A stretch of DNA of 57,479 nt, the filler included, from Circinaria calcarea (lineage: Eukaryota): the NCBI GenBank assembly GCA_051942165.1. It is 7 parts of 7 records of this genome, joined end to end, with 100 filler letters (N's around TTAATTAATTAA, not from the genome) between each part and the next. Parts side by side here need not be neighbours in the genome. Positions count along the whole stretch, not along the records: positions 8,235 to 16,361 come from JAVECS010001168.1; positions 16,462 to 24,587 come from JAVECS010001169.1; positions 24,688 to 32,812 come from JAVECS010001170.1; 4 more parts are not named here. One strand, written 5' to 3'. Below, in pieces: positions 11,796 through 24,772 of this stretch. The position numbers and the translations under genes are program-made. The notes below the pieces were generated by a model. It worked only from the letters and a program-made list of their open reading frames with translations. It did no database searches and was not told the origin of the DNA. The stretch's first letter is position 1, and the number at the start of each line of letters is the position of its first letter.

Positions 11796-13633
11796 ATGTT
11801 CGGTACCTCGTCAAGTCCGCCAAAGGACAACGAACCGCCTCTCTCGTCCCCTACGCCATCAAAGCCGAGCAGCGGTCCAGGGAGCATCCCGAGTGATGCC
11901 TCCTTGTTCACCGAGAGCGAGATCAATAGTCCTGGGGGCGAGAAAAGAGACAGCCTGACCTTGGGCTCTGGACACAGATCGACCGATGACTTGGGCCCAA
12001 GTGGAGAGAAGAAGCGGAGAAGTAGTGGAGTAGCTAAAGCTAGTGCGCTCTTTTCAAGTGCGAAGAACACCTTTCACCTTTCGTCCTCGTCGCATTCCTC
12101 TTCGGAAGGTGCACAGTCTCCGCAGACGCCTATGCAGAAACTTGGAAAAACCGACCCTGTCCTCAGCGTACCCCAAGGTTCGCTGAACAATTCGGCTGGA
12201 GAGTCACGCCCAGGGCCTAGGTCAACTTTTCGTGTTGGTGTGACAGAGGATAAGAACAAGAAATGCAGACGCACAATGGAAGATACTCATGCGTATCTAT
12301 ACAACTTCTTAAGCACACCTGCCCCAATGATAGGAATAGATGTTGGATCTAACTCGAGCAAGAGTGATGTGTCAAGAGAAGCAACTGATTCGAGCACCGA
12401 TCTTACGGCCACCTCAAGCATTGTTGAAACAGACAATGGGTACTTTGCAATTTTCGACGGTCATGCGGGTACCTTTGCGGCGGATTGGTGCGGTAAGAAA
12501 TTACATGTACTACTGGAGGATATAATACGAAAGAATCCTAACTCGCCGATACCCGAACTTCTGGATCAGACCTTTACAAGTGTTGATCAGCAGCTTGATA
12601 AGCTTCCTCTGAAGAACAGCGGGTGTACGGCGATCTGTGCAGTTTTGAGATGGGAAGATAGGATTCCCAATCCCCAGTCGGCGACCGGTTCTACGGCGAT
12701 TGCACCCGCAGCCGCTGCTGTTATTAAAGCGGCCACGGAATCAGACAAAAGCAACGGCGCGACAGATTCTGCTTCTAGTCTAGCACCCCAGATCAATTCT
12801 ACGAACCCGACATCTAATTCAGCTACCGCCTTACCAAAACTCCAAGAATCTGCCTCACGCCAACGGGTCCTCTATACCGCAAATGTCGGCGATGCACGAA
12901 TTGTCCTGTGCCGGAACGGAAAGGCTCTCAGGCTTTCCTATGACCACAAAGGTAGCGATGAGCATGAGGGCCGACGTATCGCCAATGCCGGAGGACTGAT
13001 TCTTAACAACCGTGTCAACGGCGTCTTGGCGGTGACTCGAGCCCTTGGTGACGCCTACATGAAAGATTTGGTCACCGGACATCCGTATACTACGGAAACG
13101 GTCATACAGGCTGATATTGACGAGTTCCTGATCCTGGCTTGTGATGGTGTAAGTCATTCCTTGGGGGTCGGAGAGATGATATATGCATCGACTAACGGAG
13201 CACGCAGTTATGGGATGTATGCAGCGATCAAGAAGCAGTTGATCTCATACGACACACCCACGATCCCCAGAACGCATCGAAACAGCTGGTTGATTATGCC
13301 CTCGGCCGTTTCTCCACTGATAATCTTTCCTGTATGGTTGTCCGCTTTGACAACAAGGCGCTCCAGCAGACTGTGGAACGGAAGACGGAGGCCATCGGCG
13401 TTGAGGGCGATCCGCCTTCGAACAAGAAAGGCGGCATCAGTGAGGCAGATGCGATCGTCCGGGAGGCTCGGAAGAGCATGGGCGACATCCAAATCGACGG
13501 GACGACGGAGGAGAGGGCAGGAATCAGCCAGGAAGTCATCGAGGAAGAGGGGGAGAAGGAGCCGGGCCCGGAATTGGATCTCAATGGAGCCAAGATCTTG
13601 GCAAACCGCAGCAACCAGGCGTCCAGCACCTGA
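11796..13633 (+). CDS. PTC1: Protein phosphatase 2C, Ptc1 type
   Basis: [35 protein letters not shown] and LACDG/LWDV across intron 13149-13207 (GTAAGT..CTAAC..CAG), then [12 protein letters not shown]. Confidence 0.93.
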
Positions 13634-14335
13634 CCGGATAGGATGTGTTCTCTTTTGCGTTGTACTTGTTGATTCGACCCGATTTGGCACTGGAGTTGTA
13701 CCGGCCGACACGGTACGCCTGGCTTTGAACGGGAAGGGAGAGGTGACGAGTATGCAAAGCTGATTGATGAGGCTTCTGGAATGGACATTGTTTTCTGCAG
13801 CTTTAGGACACAATTGCCATGAATGACTGGCGCAAAGGACGCGGATCCGGGTGGGAGAGGCAATCCGAAGAGCACGTAGTATCTCACCTGGTCGGGTCAG
13901 AATAGAATCGGAAGAAACCGCCGAGGCTGACCCATTCGTGCGACTGTCCGAATTGACATGTGTATCATAGAGTATTGAACACGAATGAAAGGGTTACTGC
14001 GTTCTCTTCTGTATTCGCCGAGGCGCCCTCTGCATTGCTCCGGATTGGTTCACGACATGCTTTACGTCCGTCGTGATGGTATAAGGATAACTCTACCGTG
14101 GTGACTCCTCTCGGAAATAAGACCGCGGATTTTCCTCGCCGGCCTCCCATGTAATGTGCCCCAAACGGCAAAGTCGGCCGGAAGAGGATCTCTCGTGCCC
14201 GAATTAGAATGGGCTCATCCCTGCACGGCGAAGTCATCGGATTACTAGTCCGGATATTTTTTCTGGGAGATAAGAGGTCAGCTTCTTCATCGCAACGCAG
14301 CATCATCCGCTCCTCTCGCATCGTCCAACTTTGTA

Positions 14336-16135
14336 ATGGCAGCCAAACTGGTCGCCAGACTTCCAATTGCCTCAGCCAGAGCTTCTCCTACCTTCTGCCC
14401 GACTGCTCGACGCACCTTCACCACTTCCCTACAATCTTCTCTCGTTCCCCGTCCACGCCCCATACCTAAATCAACCTTCTCCAGATCAACACTTCAGCAG
14501 ACCTTCAGACGCTCATATGCTCATCAGATTTCGCCGGTGACCAAGCGGAGAGGTCGGGGCTTTTTTAAATGGACATGGCGGTTAACTTATCTGTCGGCGA
14601 TCGCTGGGACTGCGTGGTTAGGGTACAACATCTACATCCTGAGGACACCTCAAGAGCAGTTCGAACCTGATCCATCGAAAAAGACTCTGGTGATATTAGG
14701 TATTAATACCCCACACAACCCCTAGGTGATGGCAATTGATAGGTAGTTGGTAGGTACCGGCTGGGGCGCCGTTTCCCTCCTGAAGAAGCTCGACACCGAA
14801 AATTACAATGTCATTGTCATCTCCCCTCGCAATTACTTCCTCTTCACTCCTCTTCTGCCATCATGTACCACCGGGACCATCGAGCATCGCTCAATCATGG
14901 AGCCCGTCCGAAACATCCTCCGACATAAGAAAGCCGCGGTCAAGTACTACGAAGCAGAGGCTACCAAGATCGACTACGAAAAAAAGGTTGTATACATTAA
15001 CGACGACTCTGAAATCAAAGGCGATGTGTCATCAACAGAGGTGCCTTTTGATATGTTGGTGGTTGGCGTTGGCGCCGAGAATGCGACATTTGGTATCCCC
15101 GGTGTAAAGGAGCATTCCTGCTTCCTGAAAGAAGTCGGAGATGCCCAACGGATCCGAAAACGGATCATGGATTGTGTCGAGACAGCGAGTTTCAAGGACC
15201 AATCAGAGGAAGAACGAAAACGATTACTACATATGGTTGTTGTAGGAGGTGGTCCTACCGGTGTTGAATTTGCTGGCGAACTCCAAGATTTCTTTGAGCA
15301 GGACTTGAAGAAATGGGTCCCAGATATCACGGACGATTTCCATGTCACTCTCGTCGAAGCCCTTCCCAACGTTCTCCCCATGTTCTCCAAACAACTAATC
15401 GATTACACCGAGTCAACTTTCAAAGAAGAATCCATCTCCATCCGGACGAAAACAATGGTCAAGAAGGTAACAGACAAATACATTGAAGCCGAATTCACCG
15501 GACCCGACGGTAAGAAACAACTCGAAAAAATCCCCTACGGCCTCCTCGTCTGGGCCACCGGTAATGCCGTCCGCCCCGTGGTCAAAGACCTCATGTCTCA
15601 AATCCCCGCTCAAAAAGACTCGCGCCGCGGCCTCACGGTAAATGAATATCTCGTCGTCAACGGTACGGAAAATGTCTGGGCCGTAGGTGACTGCGCCATC
15701 GCCAATTACGCCCCCACCGCCCAAGTCGCCAGCCAAGAAGGCGCCTTCCTTGCCCGCCTCTTCAACTCCCTCGCCAAAACCGAAGTCATCAACGCCGAAC
15801 TCGCCCAGCTTTCGGTGGCGCAAGCCAAAGCCACGGGCGAGGAGCGCAACGAAATCTTCAACCACATCAAAGCTCTGCAGAAGCAGCTCCGGCGAACCAA
15901 GCAGATTGGGCCGTTTGAGTACTCGCACCAGGGCAGTCTAGCGTACATTGGTAGCGAGCGGGCGGTGGCGGATATCAGCTGGCTGAGCGGAAACTTTGCG
16001 AGCGGGGGCACGTTGACGTATCTGTTCTGGCGGAGCGCGTATCTGAGCATGTGCTTTTCGACGAGGAACCGGGTCTTGGTGATTGTGGATTGGCTCAAGG
16101 CCAAGATGTTTGGGAGGGATGTCAGTAGGGAATAG
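14336..16135 (+). CDS. NDE1: Mitochondrial external alternative (type II) NADH:ubiquinone oxidoreductase
   Basis: Arg/Ser-rich presequence, a TM segment, LVILG/TGWG FAD-binding motif across intron 14700-14753, VVVGGGPTGVEFAGE, WAVGDCA and PTAQVASQEG. Confidence 0.92.
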
Positions 16136-16361
16136 ATAGAGTAGGATGAGAGGACTTTGTTTGGAAGCGGGAGGTTGGAGGGAAGTAAGTCGGGCAAGGA
16201 AGGGTTCTTGTAATTTATTGTTCCTTAATGCGTAAATTGTGCGTTTCCCGGTTCCGGGGCGATTCCAAACCCATTTAAATCTTCTCCCCATTCTCACATT
16301 CCCCCCCGGGGCCAGCCGAGTCGTGCTCTTCTTCATCTCATCCCTTTATGTCCCCTTTTTT

Positions 16362-16461
16362 NNNNNNNNNNNNNNNNNNNNNNNNNNNNNNNNNNNNNNN
16401 NNNNNTTAATTAATTAANNNNNNNNNNNNNNNNNNNNNNNNNNNNNNNNNNNNNNNNNNNN
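16362..16461. other. Artificial contig linker
   Basis: N44-TTAATTAATTAA-N44. Confidence 0.98.
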
Positions 16462-16893
16462 TCGATGATGAGCAACCGCCCTTGGATGCGATTTGGGAAG
16501 CCATGGTAGGGAGTGACGGTAAAGCCAAAGTGGTGAAGCCTAATCAGGCAACTGTGCTAGTGCCGTTTCTCCAACCTACATTGCTCATCTGCAAGAACTA
16601 ATTCGAAGACGTGATAGGCACCCGCAACAGAATCCGACTATCTGTACGACCTAGATAAAACAACGCAAGAAACGCTAAACGTTCTGCTGGACTGGCAGAA
16701 AGACCATGCCGGAGAAGGCGGCGGCCAAGTCTCCGCTTTCGAAATGATAATAGACCTTCCAGCATCTCCTATCTCTCTGCCTCAGCTCCAACGACTCCGT
16801 AGGCAGTTCATCTCTCTGAATCGTCAGTATAAGCTGCCGAAGAGCAGAATACGGGAGTCATTTGCCGCGTACCTGAATGATAATTTTCAATAA
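16462..16893 (+). CDS. KTI12: Elongator-associated protein Kti12, 3' part (absent from the ORF track)
   Basis: Manual translation with one intron (~16560-16617): PPLDAIWEAMVG...VVKPNQATVL/APATESDYLYDLDKTTQE...LPQLQRLRRQFISLNR...FAAYLNDNFQ*. This matches the Kti12 C-terminus as recalled. Confidence 0.85.
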
Positions 16894-17349
16894 ACTGATT
16901 CTCCTGAAGCTTACGGGTTCCGGAGATGAGGTGCCATAGACGTGCACGGGGTCATCTTGACTAGGTCTCAGTGTTTCTAGGCAGGTCAGATATTTTAGTT
17001 GTGCTAGAATACCCCTAGATATGTACCGGTTAGAAAATCTCAACTAGCTCTCCCAATAACTTCTTTCAGCCTCCACAAGATTTTCGGACCTTTGCTGAAA
17101 ATAATCTTACTGCTGTCGGTTTTCTTTCCGAGTTGAAATATCTTGGACTCATGTATCTTTGTTGTGTACGGATCTCGTAGCAAATTTTCAACCAGTCATT
17201 TCGTTGAGAAAGAATTCCATAGATTGGAGGGTTCTAAAAGTATATCACACAACTTTTATGTGGCTAATGACTAGGCATTGCCCCTCAACCAGTTTTATCT
17301 TAAGTTGGTAAATCTCCGTCTATACATCTCTATATCTGTATATGCTCAG

Positions 17350-20300
17350 TTATCTACGCGAACGTGCCGCCTCGTTCTGTAATCGTTGATCCATCGTAAT
17401 CGACTCCAGCTGCTCCTGGAAATCCTTCGTGATGGCTAGGACAGTCTTAAGATGAGTAACATTCAGTCTTCCATCTCCATCGGTCTCATTGGCCTTGCTC
17501 CGGGCCAGCGATAGCGCCGACGAGACCACATTACGAATTTGCCGGCCGTTCAACTTGTTCTCGCTGCCGTATTCATCAATGAACTCGAGGATGCCTTCCG
17601 TGTTCTTGATGCTGTCAGGGTGGAGCTGTGCAAGAAAGATGCGGAAGATCTGCTTCTTCTGAGCCTTTGTTAAGTCCTCGTACCGGATCGCGAGGTGGAT
17701 ACGCGATTGGACTGCAATGTCCAGGACGTTGATGCGGTTGGTTGTTAGGATCATGATACCGTGGTAAAATTCAAGGACGCGAAGTAAAACTGAGCTGAAT
17801 TAGTAAAGCTCCTCCCAAAACCACTTTTCATCTGAGATTCCATACCTGATACGAGGGCATTCCGGTTAGGTTCCGAGTTACTCGTACGTGCCTCTAAAAA
17901 TACATCGGCTTCGTCGCTAATTCCATAGTAAGTGAATAGCTCGAACTCGTGTTAGAAATGTGGGATTTGACCTACACAAGCAAGACAGCCTCCCATTTGC
18001 CAGCAAGGTAGAACATTTGTTCCAAGTTCTTTTCTGCTTGAGAGGCATTGAGGCCAATCTCAGCGACGCTAACAATAAAGAGTGGCCTTCCAGTAGCTTC
18101 AGCGATAGTCTCCGCTGTGAGCTAAACCACACATACAACCGTGAGTAGTCGGCTCTCACTTTTTTTTAGGAGTACTTACTGTTTTTCCTACTCCAGGAGG
18201 ACCTTTTCACATTAGTAGCACTCATCAATGAGGATGGATCCGCATTTAACTGACCATGCAGTAGAAGAACAAGGCCTTTCCCCTTATCCTCGACGATGTC
18301 TTTTACTTGAGTCCTGTCACCTGATCTGTCTCCTCCTCTTCCTTCGTGCTCGTTTACGAGGGCTTGAATCATTGATTTGTATTTCTCATCGAGTTGAAGT
18401 TGGTTTTTGAACATTGATGGCTGCTTTCCTGGGACGTCTGAGGTTTGGTCAACGCTGAACTGGCCCCACATCTTCTCCTTTGTCGAATAGCCTAGGAATC
18501 TCGGCGGAAATAATAAGAAGGCATCTTCATTAGGATCCTTTCCCAACCCATTGGCTAATCGACGGGCTTCGTCTAACGACTCATTCAAATCTCCAACCCA
18601 ACAAGGTTCTTTGTCTCCGAGTATATGAACACCAGCTCCTAAATACCCATTAGCTATACGTACTAGCCCCGGGTAGCACGACAACAAAGCGAGGATTACC
18701 GTACTGCAAGAAAGCTTCGGGGTCAACAATAAACTTTCCTTGGACCTAAATGGCATGTCAGCTCTAATGTCTTAGCGGGTATACCTGAAGCACTTGCCAC
18801 GACTGTTTTCCGATGCTGTTTCTCCCTTAAATTTGAAGAGTTCTTCTCGTCAATGTTTGATCGACTCTCGTCTTCCTTTTCCGGTTGTTAGTGAGCTAAG
18901 TGCTATCTTTGAGATCCTATACTCACGGTTTCGTTTTTGATAGATCTAATGACACTCCGTCTATCAGACAGGGCCTCACCTTTATAGGAGTACATTTGCG
19001 TTGAACCAGGCCCGCTTCGGACAATTTTGTTGTACTTAGCTCCTCGCATCTTCAGTACTTTGAGGAGCTCTTCCTCATCTTCACTAGTACCGTCTTTGTG
19101 ATATTTGATCGGGTAGCAAGGGAGTAGGTTGATACCCTTGGTACCTCGAAACTTTTCAATATCCAACCAATAATATACTTTGCTCATCTCCTTCCCATTC
19201 CAGTCCCAACACCATGCAAGTACACTTAGCGTTCGGGGAACAGGTGTCTCATAGGGAATCGGTGCGGCCTCAACTTCGAAGACCTGAAGTGTGTTCAGGA
19301 ATGGCTTTGCGACTATTTTAGTCTTTGGAGGAAACAAGGTCCACATGGTCTCGTAAGTTGTGATAGCAGCATTAAGGTTGGAGTCTCGCGTTTTGAAATA
19401 TTTCTCAAGCTCTGGTGCGGCCCTCACAGTATCCAAGAGTCGTGCAAGATCTTCGCGTGCTTGTTTCTTATTTGGTAGATCATCTGGGTTCGGTGTCGCT
19501 GCTGCTTCGAGCTTTTCCCAACTATGGACCTAGTTGAATCACTAAGGTCAGCAATCGAAGAATACTTTATAAAGATCACATGAGACAGGCTTAACTACTG
19601 AATATTGTTGTCCGATCCGCCGAATGCTCACTTACTAAGGATGCGAATGGTGCGCCCATTTCAACAGTGTCACCATCCAAATTCTGCCCAGGATAATCTG
19701 TCCCAATCTGTTCTCTAAGCAGATCACGGAGCCCTTCTGCTTCGATGTCGATTTCACTAATTGCATCTTTGATCCCAGTTTCTGGGTCCATTGTCCTCCG
19801 AAAGGTGAACGCTATGCCTCCATCATTATTCCTTTTCTTGAATTCACCGAGATCAACGTCTTCTTGGGCTCCAGTTGTCTTATTCCATTGGCGAACTATA
19901 TTTCGGTACCTCGATTTTGCCTTCTCGTCCTCCGTCTTCTCCTTGTCGGCGGCCTTGTTTTGGTCCTTGGGGGCCTTGTATATCTACATTAGATTATTTA
20001 CTCGTCGCGTAGTAGGAGCTGCATCTTCCGCAAGCTTGCCTAATCATACCTCGGATACCATTTTACTCTCATTTGAGTTCCCATTTTCCTTGTCGGCCTT
20101 GGAGTCGTTGGTCTGTTGCACTCCCGACTTGTCTCCGTCTCGGTCGATAATCGTGTCAGGGAGTTTCTTCGAATCAGCATTGAGAAGAGCTTCTAGCTGA
20201 GCAATGCGCTTCTCAAGTAGCTCCGCGTATCGTTGCTGCATGCTAAAGTCTACGCTGACGGGCAGCTTGTGTGTCACACATTAGCAAGGTAGCTGTTATG

Positions 20301-20369
20301 GACGGAAGAAGAGCTTACCGCTGAGACCCCATTGGTGTTCGAGTTCGAGTTCGAGTCCTCAGCCGCCAT
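17350..20369 (-). CDS. Fungal AAA+ ATPase with DUF7025-like N-terminal region, multi-exon
   Basis: Spliced Walker A LLLHG/PPGVGKT/LTAE, Walker B VLLV/DEADVFLEAR, NALVS/VLLRVLEFYHGIMILTTNR, SRIH and lid motif LNGRQIRN. Upstream blocks YETMWTLFPP, WDWNG and FRGTKGINLLPCYP. Start MAAEDSNSNS at 20369. Confidence 0.9.
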
Positions 20370-21193
20370 TGTTGATTTTGACTCCGGTTCACAGGTCTAA
20401 GGAGTATTCCAGCACCAGCGGGTATGGAGCACAAGCTACAGAGTAAAAGTTGCCGACTGAAAGCCTTAAGACGTGAGCGGTTCTTGGACGGGTGAGAATT
20501 GGGCCGTATTATTGAGCCCCCACACCTTGTACTCCATAAAATTGCCCGCAACCCTCAGCCTCGCCAGAAGGAAGCCGTTTCGAGGGCCTCGCTTCCTTTC
20601 CATCTTACAATTGGGTGAGATTGTGTAGAGATTAACCATATTGTGTTCCGGAATTTCATATACATGACCAATTCGATTCATTGCGTCCATAACCTGGTCC
20701 CTATTGGCCAACTGGGCCACTCAGAAGGCAATAGGAATGAGCGTGAACGGGCAGCCGCCCCAAAGGATTCCCTTTAGCCGCGCTTACAGCAGCTGGCGAT
20801 ACGCCACCCGTTCAAGCCCCACTCCGAGGGCCCACTCAATATTGAGACCATGGATGGATTTCCTGGCGAGACGCCAGTAGTATGCATATGCAGGGCCAAA
20901 TTGTCAATTTCTGGGACTTGTAGAGGTCCCTTTCCAGTTTGACGCGAGGAGAACGATGGTGTGAGGCGTTATTCCAGTGGCGAACTGATGGCTGCTGTTT
21001 TGCAATTCCAGGCTGGAGGTGATTTGCATCCGCCATTTCAGCCTCATCGATTGCGGCGTTAAATAGATGAAAGGAGCCGGTGGGGGCCATTTACAGGGGC
21101 GGCAGGACGGGTTGCGAAACCATATTTCAGGTGCTTTCCTTGCAGTTGAATGGAAGAATAACACTCATTCAGGTCTGTAGGCGCATCATCGAG

Positions 21194-23687
21194 ATGGACT
21201 CCTCCGTGTTACTGGACCCGATTGCACAAGATGCCGCTGACGAATTGGTGGATAATACAAATGAAAAATGGTTCCAAAAGCAAGGGACTGACAGCGCTAA
21301 TGAGTAAGTCTACCGAGATATTTATTTTACATCAGTGCTCCGTATATGAGCCCAGTTTATACTCAGAAGTCTAAAGCATGGCTACTTGGAGTATACTAAT
21401 GCAGGATGTATTGCATCCGCCTGAAGCTTGCCAATCCCTGTTGTGGTAGCCTGTTTAATGCGCTACATGTACTTTTTTTTAATTATATCTCGAGCCCGAT
21501 TGGGACTAATCTATATGGTAGTCAGGTCCTACGGCCTGCCAAAGAAGCTATTCAAGGACATGGTTACTTTCGGGATAAGCTCCGGTTGGGCTCAAGAAAC
21601 AAGCAAGCGAACGCAAAGATTGCAAGTACGAGGACTGCCTTGGAGCAGCAAATTGCCGAATATAAACAAGACTCCAACTCCTTCGGCGATTTGAGACAGC
21701 AAGCAGCCGATTACATTACCCAGGCGAACGGCTTCCATAAGAAATATCAAGAAGACCGAACGACTGGTGCCAAGAAGATTGGGCGGTACGCCCAAAGCTT
21801 TGTAAACAGCTTTGCCGACTTTCTGTCGGTGTATTCCGGTATTATCGAGTTGCTTAAGGGAGCAGGACAAATTTACGGAACTGTGGCATACGAGACATTA
21901 TCGATTTTCTTTATTGTATGTTATCTTCGAGACTTTGCAAAAGCACGCCGAGAAGCTGATTGATTTAGATTGTTGTAAATAAAACCGGCAACGATACTAA
22001 AATCGCGGACCTTCTTTTCGAGCTTCGAAAGTCCTTCCCGCAACTAGATGACTGGGTCAATATATACCCTACCCAATCAATAAAGCTGTTGGTGGCCGAG
22101 GTTTATCAGCAGGCTATCCAATTTGCAAGGAATACGTCTAAATATTTCGCCCATTTTTCAAGTAAGGAATTCTCTATAACTCATCAGTTTATATAAAAAG
22201 AACTAAGAAACCTATTCAAATGTTTTCGAGGCCTATTTCTCCATGGGTCAAGTTTTGTTGATTTCTCTAAGATGAAGTCTTAACCCAGATTGGGCGTAGG
22301 GTGGTAGATCAAGAATATATTTGAGATATAAAATTTACTTGACTGTGATGATTCTCTCGAGAAGTACTCATTCGAAGAATTCTGAGGCTGAAAACGAAGG
22401 TGACAGCTAGGCTCTGGATGGCCATTGGAAAACCTCCATCCTTAGGTATCGATCAGACTGTGGCTACACTTCATGCGAAGCTTGCCGAAGTCAATTCCGA
22501 GGCTATGATTCAGCTCCACAAACGAAGCCAGAAAATCCATAACACAGTGGAAGACAACAACGCCCGTATCAAGGAGCTAAAGAATTCTAACCACGCCCTG
22601 GAAAGATCGAACATGGTTCTAGTTAGCGCTCTCGAGAGGCTCGAAGCCCAGCACCAGAAGTTTGTACAGGAAGTTGAATGTACGTAACTTTGAGAATTCT
22701 ATACACTCTGCAGCCAGTCTATAGGCACCTAACGAATGAGTATCCTTCTGAAACAGTAAAGGATCAACAAGATGATAAGCAACAGCTAGAGATATTCAAA
22801 GAGGCATTAGGCGTAGGTTCATCTGGTCTCATTCTTGGTGCTTTGTCCCGTCCCCCCAGAAAGCACGTGGTTTGAACGGAAAATGACTTGCTCAGGTCAC
22901 CTACCCGTCTCCGGAAACCGAGCTCGAAGCCTGCAAAAAGAGTCAACTTAACGCATTCGCAAAGCTACCCAGCCATCGGCGAAGTCCAAAAGTAGAGTAC
23001 ATGCAAATGAGCCCAGGATTACTCTCTACATCCGAAGCCTATCAGAAATGGCAGGACAGCGCTCAATCCTGCCTTTTGCTTTTAAGTGGCCGTACCGCAT
23101 CGGAGGGACGCAATAGTCGTGGCGACACTCACTCCTGGCTCTCTCCGGCCACGACGTACGTTACCGAAGAATTGCGGAAGCAAGACCAAAGGGTAGCGTA
23201 TTACTGCTGCCACCCCGATCTCCGCGCCGAGGACCATTCGGGGAAAGAGATCATCTCGACAATCATATACCAGATGCTAGACTGGAAGCCCGCTATTCTC
23301 CGTCACCGAAACCAGCAATTCCGATCAGTGGTGCAGAGTCCGGCGTGGCAAGATCCGGGAGACGAGAGCGCATCCATTGAAATCATGTTCCGACTAGTGC
23401 GCGAGATACTCGCTGAGATCAAGGACTTGGGTAGAATCACCGTGGTGTTGGATCGTGTCGATCTGTGCAGCTGGGAATTACACCATATCATGAAGGCACT
23501 GACGGGACTGGTTTTGGACGAGTCGTGGCACCTGAAGATTATGGCCACAATGGCTACGGCGCGTGACTACTGGGATGTTGATGATTTGGATGACACAGCC
23601 AGCGGCCGCGTTCTAATCCACCAGGGCTGGGATCAGCGGCAACTGACGCCGCAGGAGATGCAGAAACGGCTTCATTCGCCGCACTGA
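21194..23687 (+). CDS. NACHT/STAND-like protein with helical N-terminal domain, degenerate P-loop and no C-terminal repeats, multi-exon
   Basis: Exons splice in frame: FLSVYSGIIELLKGA..YGTVAYETLSIFF/IVVNK..IYPT..LVAEVY, a coiled-coil-like stretch, then YQKWQDSAQSCLLLLSGRT, VAYYCC, IISTIIYQML, ITVVLDRVDLC and LKIMAT. This is the layout of the N-terminal half of a fungal NACHT domain. Confidence 0.7.
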
Positions 23688-24587
23688 AGAGAAAGTATAA
23701 TGGTATCCCTTAAATTGTTGCTCCGGCAGCCCGAACCGTGCGTTTCTTGGATCACGCTTAGGATTGGTCAATCTAGGATGGCACGGACTAGTTGCTGGGG
23801 TGGCATGGCTCGGGCTGCCTGAGCAACAGTTTTAGGCGACACAAGCACAACAGAGCGGCATACGGAGTAAGTTGAAGATTAGTAGAAATAGAGCACAGAA
23901 AACCTTGACCTGCCCAGATGGAAGAAAGCACTTCGGGGTTTCAGTCAGCGTTTGGCAAACAGCCTAGAAAAATCCCTGTTTAAAACTGTCCACGGGAGGT
24001 GCACGCATCTAATGAGGTGAATAGAATTGATTAATTCTGTTTATGCCCGAAGGTCAGGCTTTAAGGCCCAAAAGCCTTTGGTTAGCCAGCTAACCTGCTC
24101 CTTCCTTCGCATAACAAAAGATTTAGACTTTGTGACTAGACTTTTTGCTCCTGTCGGGAATTTCATTGCCATACATAATTTACAGCCATCATTCCTTCCA
24201 CAAAGCAAATCATATCACTTTTACCAATCACTGCCACCCCTATGCACCTAGCAAAACCGAAGTCGAGTGTAGACTGGAAACCCCATCCATTTATTCTATT
24301 CCATCGCAGCCTTTTATCCTCCTCTTAACCGTCCACCCCCCCGCTCCTCCTCCCCACACAGACTCCCCAAACCATTGCCTACCTACCTCACCACGGTCCA
24401 ACCACCATCTTAAGGTTTTTCCGGTTTTCAAAAATCCCGACTCCACACCTTTTCCTTATTCCCTCTAAGAAAACACGATAGAAGCTAGAAATCCCCGCAT
24501 TCCTGTTTTTCTCCCAGTTTTATTTCTCCAGTTCAAACTTCGAGGAATTGCTTGGAGTCTTTTCGGCTTTGCCCGGGAGTGGGGGGG

Positions 24588-24687
24588 NNNNNNNNNNNNN
24601 NNNNNNNNNNNNNNNNNNNNNNNNNNNNNNNTTAATTAATTAANNNNNNNNNNNNNNNNNNNNNNNNNNNNNNNNNNNNNNNNNNNN
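24588..24687. other. Artificial contig linker
   Basis: N44-TTAATTAATTAA-N44. Confidence 0.98.
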
Positions 24688-24772
24688 TTTATATTTATTT
24701 AATTTATAATATATTTAATTTTTATAATATTAATTGTTTTTGTTATTCTATAATAATTAATTATTAAAAATT
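24688..24772. repeat. Nearly pure A/T tract at contig start, probable RIP-degraded repeat relic
   Basis: About 85 bp with only a few G/C and many TpA steps, followed by a G12 run. Confidence 0.45.

Noticed and set aside
13149..13763. Arg-rich C-terminus of the 726-aa ORF
   Set aside because: Read-through of a canonical intron; the true PP2C frame resumes at 13208 and ends at 13633.
20334..20356. (TCGAGT)n hexamer repeat
   Set aside because: Encodes the SNSNSN tract in exon 1 of the AAA+ gene.
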